Positions 34,590 to 42,903 of a stretch of DNA of 42,903 nt are shown in pieces (position 1 is the first letter of the stretch; each line of letters begins with the position of its first letter). The translations under genes were made by a program, and so were the position numbers. This DNA is from Nemertoderma westbladi (lineage: Eukaryota > Animalia > Xenacoelomorpha): contig JAUCBJ010005770.1 of the NCBI GenBank assembly GCA_032718475.1, positions 1-42,903 on the forward strand, read 5' to 3'. A model generated the notes under the pieces. That model made no database searches. It saw only the letters and a list, made by a program, of their open reading frames with translations, and was not told where the DNA came from.

Positions 34590-34886
34590 TATATTAATAT
34601 TATTTTCAAGTCAGCGTGAAATACGCCGCGAAATAAAGTAAACTCAATGATGGGCTATGGAGTGCTATATATCACGGCGTGAAATAGAGTAACAGTATTC
34701 TTTCACTATGATTGTAAGTCATTCACCTCAGATACAGGCAGCACAAGGTACATCGGTCGTAACCGGTACCATAACCGGTATTTCACTTTCAGGTTCTCGT
34801 TTGATTTTTCACTAACTCGCTTACGCTCGTTCGTGGAAATATTCCCACGGGAGACGGCGTGAAATCCAGTGCTACTTTATATAAAT
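34590..34886. mobile_element. Interspersed repeat, possibly Crypton-like non-autonomous element
   Basis: tatttcactttcaggttctcgttt...actcgcttacgctcgttc matches 23144-23200 in reverse complement. Recurrent gcgtgaaat motifs. The family assignment is tentative. Confidence 0.4.
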
Positions 34887-35477
34887 TTAATATTGTTAAG
34901 CCTTGAAATGTATCTTTACAAACGTTTAAAAATATACAAAAATATACCATCGTTCCCAATATTGAGTGTGTAGATTAATTTTCGTGTAATATTTCGCTTC
35001 TGTCGAATTTGAGAAATTTCACTACAATTATTTTCTTTTTTATAATCATAATCATAGTGTAATGTGCACCCCAATCGAGGCAAAATATCCGTCGATAGGT
35101 AAGTTATTGGTCGGACACAGTAAATAAATAATGCGTAAGTTTCATTGGAGCTAAATTCTTACCGACCGATTCCTGCTGTACAAAATATACAACGAACCGT
35201 TAACACTGTTAAGGGGGGGGGGGGGGGTACCCCCTCAGAAGAGTTTTTTTTTTAACAGCTCTAACTTCGTGTTGTAGGTGGATATCACTGTTATGTGGTG
35301 TTCAGCCAACGTGGGGTAGGCCAAAGAGCAACAAAAATGGAAATTGTAATATTTTTTAGTGTCCCTCTAGCGGCGAGTGGTGGAATTAAATATTTCACTA
35401 AAAACACTACTAGTCCCTTAATATTTGTCCAATTTTTTTGAAACCAACTTTTTTGGACTCAGCACAAATAAACTTAC

Positions 35478-35719
35478 CTCATACGTGTCCAGAGTTGTAT
35501 CGTAAGGAGGTAGACAGTCCAGACAGCTCGCTGCTACGTTACTAATCGTTCGGACGCTGTCTACCTGGCAGCACTGCTGCTGTAGAGGACAACCACCTCG
35601 GCATATTCCCACATCGTGCTCGACGGTAGAGACGACAACATTGCCATTGTTATCGACGCCTTCAATGAATTCCATCTTGGTGAGTCGCGTGCATTCCACG
35701 GGTTCATTGCCGCTGGATC
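35478..35719 (-). CDS. Internal coding exon: cystine-knot domain (C..29..CRGGC..5..CC)
   Basis: Acceptor tttttatctcatag|GA (phase 1) and donor GAG|gtaagt (phase 0). Translation: SSGNEPVECTRLTKMEF...DVGICRGGCPLQQQCCQV...SCLDCLPPYDTTLDTYE. GC-richer than its flanks. Confidence 0.9.
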
Positions 35720-35740
35720 CTATGAGATAAAAATATTTTG

Positions 35741-35902
35741 ATTGGGTGGATCCTAGGAGATAAATGGTTGGGTGGATCCTAGGAGATAAAAGGTTGGGTG
35801 GATCCTAGGAGATAAATGGTTGGATGGATCCTAGGAGATAAATGGTTGGGTGGATCCTAGGAGATAAATTGTTGGGTGGATCCTAGGAGATAAATGGTTG
35901 GG
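35741..35902 (-). repeat. 26-bp x6 tandem array of the splice-acceptor sequence
   Basis: ggatcctaggagataaa at 35748, 35774, 35800, 35826, 35852 and 35878. On the minus strand each reads tttatctcctag|gatcca, matching the exon's tttatctcatag|gatcca. Confidence 0.95.
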
Positions 35903-36788
35903 AGTCGGCGATAAGTAATGTACCATCAGACACTACTGTGAAAGCAGGCGTGTGTTTACCGAAAACGTTGAGTGAAACCCAAATCCGTGTTCTTATCGAA
36001 CACTGATAAAATAGAGATGAAATGCGCGATGGTTTGGTGCCAAGCTCGTAATATTGTTTGTTGTTCATGAAGTTTTGAAATTTATCACAGGCCTAGCCGT
36101 AGAGAAATTGTTATGGCAAAAGAGAATAACATTTCGGTGCAGCTGGAGCAAATTCCCGTATATGTAATTATTATTATAAATTTACCATACAAAAATGTTA
36201 TATATTGCAAATTAAATGGTTAAAAGTAGAATAATAACTTATTTAATTGTTTAAACGGATTCTAGAGTAGAAATTATGAATTGATTTAATTATGATAATT
36301 ATTCTAATACTGCTAAATTTTAACACCAAGGGATTGGTAATTAAAGTCTCCATCATCAATAATAATGCTATAAAGTTGAATAATGTTAAAGAACCTGACA
36401 AGTGTGAATTGATTTCTAAATGTAATACTAGTGGCGTACAAGCACGCGGGATGTAAATCTTCAATCTTCAGAACACTTTTATTAATTATTATTTAATGGG
36501 TGAAACCCTGAAACCAGAGAATAGTGGCCCAATTTTAGCTTTTTTATGGTCAATTTTTTTTCATATTATATATTTTCTGAAAGCTCTTGATCTGACGAAT
36601 TTTGTTCGAATAATAGGAAAGATGTAGAGTTATGTATGGGACAAATTGCGCTGTAATTGTGTTGAAACTGCATATCTATAGCTAATATGGCGCAGTTGAG
36701 TACGTTCAACAATATGGGGGGGGGGGGGGGGGGGGGTGGGGTGGTGATGATAAAAATATATAATTAGAATTATTTACAAAGTTGAGAT

Positions 36789-38098
36789 AGCAGATTGCCA
36801 ACCCAGCAGTCCAACAATCCTCCAACCCAGCAGTCAAACAATCCGCCAACCCAGCAGTCCGACAATCCGCCAACCCAGCAGTCCGGCAACCCAGCAGTCA
36901 GACAACCCAGCAGTTCGACAAACCGCCAACCCAACCGTCCGACAATCCGCCACCACAGCAGTCCGACAATCAGCCAACCCAGCAGATTGCCAACCCAGCA
37001 GATTGCCAAGCCAGCAGATTGCCAACCCAGCAGTCCAACAATCCTCCAACCCAGCAGTCAAACAATCCGCCAACCCAGCAGTCCGACAATCCGCCAACCC
37101 AGCAGTCCGGCAACCCAGCAGTCAGACAACCCAGCAGTTCGACAAACCGCCAACCCAGCAGTCCGCCAACCCAGCAGTCAGACAATCCAGCAGTTCGACA
37201 AACCGCCAACCCAGCAGTCCGACAATCCGCCACCCAGCAGATTGCCAACCCAGCAGTCCGACAATCCGCCACCCAGCAGATTGCCAACCCAGCAGTCCGA
37301 CAATCCGCCAACCCAGCAGATTGCCAACTCAGCAGTCCGGCAATCCGCTAACCCAACAGTTCGCCAACCCAGCAGTCCGCCAATCCAGCAGTCCGACAAC
37401 CCAGAAGTTCGACAAATCGCCAACCCAGCAGTCCGACAATCCGCCAACCCAGCAGTTCGCCAACGCAGCAGTCCGACAATCAGCCAAACCAGCAGATTGC
37501 CAACCCAGCAGTTCGACAAACCGTCAACCCAGCAGTCCGACAATCCTCCAACCCAGCAGTCCGACAATCCGCCAACCCAGCAGTCCGCCGACCCAGAAGT
37601 CAGACAACCCATCAGTTCGACAAACCGACAACCCAGCCGTCCGACAATCCGCCAACACAGCAGTCCGACAATCAGCCAACCCAGCAGATTGCCAACCCAG
37701 CAGTCCGACAATCCTCCAACCCAGCAGTCAGACAACCCAGCAGTTCGACAAACCGCCAACCCAGCAGTCCGACAATCCGCCAACCCATCAGTCCGCCAAC
37801 CCAGCAGTCAGACAACCCAGCAGTTCGACAAACCGCCAACCCAGCAGTCCGACAATCCGCCATCCCAGCAGTCCGGCAACCCAGCAGTCAGACAACCCAG
37901 CAGTTCGACAAACCGCCAACCCAGCAATCCACCAACCCAGCAGTCAGACAACCCAGCAGTTCGACAAACCGCCAACCCAGCAGTCCAACAATCCGCCAAC
38001 CCAGCAGTCCGGCAATCCGCCAATCCAGCAGTCCGCCAACCCAGCAGATTGCCAACCCAGCAGTCCGACAATCCGCCAACCCAGCAGATTGCCAACTC
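36789..38098. repeat. Intronic complex satellite (left arm): CCAACCCAGCAG core with variable linkers
   Basis: Core alternates with a small set of linkers (TCCGACAATCCG, ATTG, TTCGACAAACCG, TCAGA, TCCGG). Strong C/A strand bias. Confidence 0.97.
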
Positions 38099-39355
38099 TA
38101 CTACTACTACTAGGATCGGCATGCTGCATTACAGCTGCATTTTTAAGAATGCTGTGCCGGCTTGTCAACAAAATTGCACCGCCACAACTCCCTATCACCC
38201 ATGACATTTGCTAGATCATCACTGGACTGGCTGGTCCTCACGGCAAAAGCAATGTCCTGCAAAGCGGATGCGATTTTGTTCTAGTGTTAAGCTTGGGGGA
38301 ACCAATGAGACACCTCCAATGTTATATAGTGTCTGGTTGGAGATGTGTGCATTGTACTTGACACAATGATCCCGGCGTAGCATTCTTGTGAATGTGCCAT
38401 CCAGAGATTTGGTGTCCTCAGCAGTTAGAGCCCAGCATGGACTCCCGTAGAGGAGTACTGGAACTACTGCTGCTCTAAATAATCGGACCTTAAGTTTCCG
38501 ATTTATTCTCGGTGACTTCCAAATCCTGGAAAGCCTATTCAAGACTGCCCATGCCTTTCCCTTACGTATTCGAAGGTCCTCACCTGACTTCCGGATCCAT
38601 GATCCCAGGTAACAGAAGTCGTCCACATGCTCAAGCATACCATCCTTTGAGCTTATGCTCATCCGATCAGAGACTTGCTGAGGACTTTCAAAGTTAACTG
38701 TCAAAATTTTGGTCTTTCTGGAGTTAATAAAAAGACCAACACTAGAAGCAGCATGTTCTAATGAGCTGAGGAGCCGTTGGGCTCCCTCTAATGAATCTGA
38801 GAGTACTCCTAAGTCATCAGCAAAGTCTAGATCAGTTAGGTACTTGGCAGGATTTCCTCGACTTCTGGAGCCAGTAGGTGGAGTTATCATCACCCCATCA
38901 TCATTATGATGATCTAAGGACATGCGTAGAACATAGTCAACCACAATAATGAACAAGAATGGTGCAAGTGTGTCTCCTTGGAGGACGCCCCATAACACTT
39001 CAAATGGTTCTGTGTCACCGTCAACAGTAGACACAAATGTTGTCGAACCATCGTATACTGATCTGATTGCTGCAATAATTTCATCAGGAATCCCATATAA
39101 TGAAAGTATGCCGAACATACGTGAGCGAGAGACTGAATCAAAGGCCTTGAAGAAGTCAACAAAGATAACAGCCAAATGCCTGTCTTTCTTTTTTGATAAT
39201 TCTTCAATTATCCTTCTAAGTGCCAAAATGGGCTCCATGGTCCCACGACCTTTACGGAACCCATTCTGATTTCCACGGAGCAGTCTCTCAATGGGATCCC
39301 TGATGCGATTTAATAGAATCCTATTGTATAGCTTTGCAGCTTTGCTATTGTATAG
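38099..39355 (-). mobile_element. Young 5'-truncated RTE-clade LINE inserted into the satellite
   Basis: Open RT frame: NQNGFRKGRGT, FVDFFKAFDSV, GVLQGDTLAPFLF, DLDFADD, FCYLGS. (TAG)n tail. TSD CAACTC at 38093-38098 and 39356-39361. ~100-bp deletion near 38220. Confidence 0.97.
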
Positions 39356-40820
39356 CAACTCAGCAGTCCGGCAATCCGCAAACACAGCAGTTCGCCAACC
39401 CAGCAGTCCGCCAATCCAGCAGTCCGACAACCCAGAAGTTCGACAAACCGCCAACCCAGCAATCCGACAATCCGCCAACCCAGCAGTTCGCCAACCCAGC
39501 AGTCCGCCAATCCAGCAATCCGACAATCCGCCAACCCAGCAGTTCGCCAACCCAGCAGTCCGCCAATCCAGCAGTCCGACAACCTAGCAGTTCGACAAAC
39601 CGCCAACCCAGCAGTCCGACAATCCGCCAACCCAGCAGTCCGACAATCCGCCAATCCAGCAGATTGCCAACCCAGCAGTCCGACAACCCAGCAGTCCGAC
39701 AATCCTCCAACCCAGCAGTCCGACAATCCGCCAACCCAGCAGTCCGCCAACCCAGAAGTAAGACAACCCATCAGTTAGACAAACCGGCAACCCAGCCGTC
39801 CAACAATCCGCCAACCCAGCAGTCCGGCAACCCAGCAGTCAGACAACCCAGCAGTTCGACAAACCGCCAACCCAGCAGTCCGACAAGCCGCCAAACCATC
39901 AGTCCGCCAACCCAGCAGTCAGACAACCCAGCAGTTCGACAAACCGCCAACCCAGCAGTCCGACAATCCGCCAACCCAGCAGTCCGGCAACCCAGCAGTC
40001 AGACAACCCAGCAGTTCGACAAACCGCCAACCCAGCAGTCCGCCAACCCAGCAGTCCGCCAACCCAGCAGTAAGACAACCCAGCAGTTCGACAATCCGCC
40101 AACCCAGCAATCCGGCAATCCGCCAACCCAGCAGTCCGACAATCCAGCAGTCCGGTAACCCAGCAGTTCGACAATCCGCCAACCCAGCAGTCCGACAATC
40201 CGCCAACCCAGCAGTCCGATAATCCGCCAAACCAGCAGATTGCCAACCAAGCAGTCCGACAATCCGCCAACCCAGCAGATTGCCAACCCAGCAGTCCGAC
40301 AACCCAGCAGTCCGACAACCCAGCAGTTCGACAAACCGCCAACCCAGCAGTCCGACAATCCTCCAACCCAGCAATCCGACAATCCAACAACCAAGCATTC
40401 TGCCAACCCAGCAGTCCGGCAATCCGCCAACCCAGCAGTCCGCCAATCCAGCAGTCAGACAACCCAGCAGTTCGACAAACCGCCAACTCAGCAGTCCGCC
40501 AATCCGCCAACCCAGCAAATTACCAACCCAGCAGTCCGACAATCCGCCAACCCAGCAGATTGCCAACCAAGCAGTCCGACAATTCGCCAACCCAGCAGAT
40601 TGCCAACCCAGCAGTCCGACAATCCGCCAACCCAGCAGATTGCCAACCCAGCTGTCCGACAATCCGCCAACCCAGCAGTCCGCCAATCCAGCAGTCCGAC
40701 AACTCAGCAGTCCGACAAACCGCCAACCCAGCAGTCCGACAATCCGACAACCCAGCAGTCCGACAATCCGCGAACCCAGCAGTCCGACAATCCGCCAACC
40801 CAGCAAAGTCCGACAATCTA
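39356..40820. repeat. Intronic complex satellite (right arm)
   Basis: Same core and linker set as 36789-38098; contiguous with it once the RTE is removed. Confidence 0.97.
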
Positions 40821-42429
40821 CTGCCAGACACTCCCCCTACCAACCAAATCGACGCCGACAGTCTGTTCATGTGTTCAACCAATACAGTCTTCGGGCTCTT
40901 CACCCTCCATGTAATCAAATCCAAGGAAAGGAGTTTTATCGTCAATATCTATTGTCGTACCGTGATTGTAACAATAAACAACAAAGAATATCTAGGCTAC
41001 AGTTTAAGATTTGCCATGGGTATGGGTAGCTTCCCTGTCCTACCTATAATGGTTGGTCACTGTTCACTTTCTAGTTTCTGCTCACCGGTACTTACTGTAC
41101 AAGCACAATCAACTATGTCAGTACGGTATGTGCTGTGCAGGCCAGTTCACTGTCAGGCAGTATTGAAAATTATATCGGTATCAGTGATGTGCACTGAGAG
41201 TGTCATTGACTGTAATCATGGGACAGCCCCTGATTGTAATGCCTGTAATAGTGGGACACATTACAGGCTATTACAGGCAGGGACAATTTTATCTTTCTAT
41301 CTGTAATAGCTCCAACCACCAGAGTGAGACATGTCAATGTAATATATGTATGAGACGCAGTATTTCGCCCTTCCCCCGCCTTAAAATAGTGGTCTAAAAA
41401 CAAATTGGTCAAATTTCGCCTCATGTTCTGTCATATTTCTATAGGACACTTTCATTTTCCACAGTCACATCTTCACATCTTCAACATTGCATATATCGCC
41501 AAATTTTTAATATTTTTTCACAATTCCTTTTTTGTTATGCTCTTAGATGAAGACAATAACAGATAGAAAGTGAAATTGATGTAGAACCTGCTGTTAAAAG
41601 TATATAAATGATAGAACTGTAAACAGGGACATTACAGTCACTATGGCTTGTCCCACTTGTTTATGGACTTGTAATTTCTTGTATGGGAGCATTATAGTCA
41701 TGTCAGTGTCTTATAGAAGATTTACAGGGCTTTCCAATAGTATATAACAATGTGGATAAATAATGAAACCATTCCTTGGGTTCCTTGTTAACATAAAAGT
41801 AATTTCATTGTGAACACCCATAAAATACAATTTTTTCCGCTTTCAACCTAGAAGTCAGCATGACAACGATCCACTGGCCTCCAAAATAGCTTCCACGTAG
41901 TTTTTTATGCTCCATTTGTGTCAGAACATTTTACTGCATCAAAATTCATTGATCCGATGGCTAAATATTGCATCATCATCCCCTAAAGTCATTTGGCCCA
42001 CAATTCTCCGGTTTCACCCTAATAATATACTAATATTTAACTTTTTAAATCAATTTGTTCCTTTAGGCCTGACAATGATCAAATTTTCTAAACCTACGTT
42101 TCCCTCTCATGATTCCAATTACACCAATTATTGTAGTACTACAGTTGAAGGCCTACATTATTACTAAAATTTATTCACCTGGAATTAGTAATAAATTCAC
42201 ATTTGCCCATACCTAAACTGAGAAGGCTATCAGCTGTATAAAATATTTAACACGTACACTAATGCTAACCCTTGAAGAATTTAAAGTTTGTAAGGGAGTG
42301 AAGTTTAGGCAGTAGGGCCTAAGCAAACAGTATGGGTGTACTAAGTACAATAATCTTGGCAACCTCATTGATTTATACAAGCCTGTGTAGAAATCCATCA
42401 TACAGTATAAGCCATTTTTCATCATGAAC

Positions 42430-42678
42430 ACCAGCTGTTATTGGTGTTATTTTACCATTGCGTCTTTGGCACTTTTCGTTTATTTCATTTTTTTGCAAAA
42501 ACTAATGACTCTATTTTTCTGAAAATTGCTTTATACACCCATTCAGACCATACACTACAGGAGGGTACTAAAAACAACACAATTGACCGGATAGTTTCGG
42601 AGCCTTTCGTGTGTCAAACAGACAGACAGACAAACAAACAAACAGACACGACTTTCTTACAGTAAATAAATCTGAAGA
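42430..42678 (-). mobile_element. Possible short Helitron-like element with (GTTT/GTCT)n tract
   Basis: Minus strand starts atcttcagatttatttac...gtctgtttgtttgtttgtctgtctg, a layout common in non-autonomous Helitrons. The 3' end is unclear. Confidence 0.3.
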
Positions 42679-42700
42679 TTTACAAATTAATCAGACTAAC

Positions 42701-42903
42701 CGTCTTCACAACTTCCGTATTTAACCAACGTTGTATCAGCACTACCTCTGCATGCTGCTCGTTTAAGATGGCATTCCGATGGGTATGTGACGTCATCCGA
42801 TCCGCAGACTTCACCACCAGGCACCGGTGCACCGCAGGTGAGACATTGACAAGTCGAACCACCGAGAAGCGGAACGCAGTATGCGTGGTGAGGGCAAACA
42901 ATT
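42701..42903 (-). CDS. Coding exon (5' end outside window): follistatin-type FOLN + Kazal domain
   Basis: Frame starting at 42902: IVCPHHAYCVPLLGGSTCQCLTCGAPVPGGEVCGSDDVTYPSECHLKRAACRGSADTTLVKYGSCED-G|gttagt. Follistatin Cys spacing and the Kazal VCGSD..TY.SEC motif. Phase 1 donor matches the acceptor at 35719. Confidence 0.93.

Noticed and set aside
35209-35421. Second Kolobok-type MITE (TTAA-G-run ... CCC-TTAA)
   Set aside because: The inverted match is limited to GGG; no convincing TIR.
35418-35477. C-terminal VSLFVLSPKKLVSKKLDKY of the 93-aa ORF
   Set aside because: Read-through into the intron past the GAG|gtaagt donor; the real C-terminus is at 34327-34365.
21020-36740. Long G/C homopolymers (~21030, ~22013, ~35213, ~36716) as G-quadruplex elements
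   Set aside because: Two coincide with MITE-end-like sequence, homopolymer lengths are error-prone, and there is no further support.
36789-40820. CRISPR-like repeat/spacer appearance
   Set aside because: The linkers are 4-12 bp, drawn from a few recurring variants rather than unique spacers. No cas genes; eukaryotic context.
36770-41029. Long P/Q/S-rich and C/W/G-rich ORFs (up to 469 aa)
   Set aside because: They are open in many frames on both strands because the satellite lacks stop codons. They lie in an intron and show no consistent frame.
41200-42200. Region with repeated gggaca/ttacag motifs as a defined transposon
   Set aside because: It looks like TE subterminal sequence, but I could not identify termini, a TSD or a coding remnant.
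42680-42901. ORF-track protein MFALTTHTAF...
   Set aside because: Wrong frame; the overlapping frame encodes a clear follistatin/Kazal domain ending at a splice donor.

Overview
AT-rich eukaryotic (invertebrate-animal-like) genomic DNA, almost entirely nested, decayed transposable elements: CR1/L2-group and RTE LINEs, a SINE, Penelope-like elements (PLEs) with hammerhead ribozyme motifs, pogo/Tigger, Sola1 and IS3EU transposase remnants, Kolobok-, Transib- and piggyBac-type non-autonomous elements, a Helitron-like unit and several tandem repeats. No prokaryotic genes, CRISPR, rRNA or intact tRNA are supported. One host gene is well supported. It lies on the minus strand, has three phase-compatible exons (42701->42903, 35478-35719, 34327-34365) and encodes a follistatin/Kazal module followed directly by a C-terminal cystine knot. 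The ORF track misses two of the three exons. Best candidates for a second look: (i) this follistatin + cystine-knot architecture; (ii) a 26-bp tandem array of copies of that gene's splice acceptor, most of which would give a stop before the knot; (iii) a Transib-type element with exact CACAGTG (RSS heptamer) ends and 12/22-bp asymmetric spacing; (iv) four PLE-type insertions that all carry a 5' inversion or hairpin. All family calls come from motif recognition by eye, not database searches.
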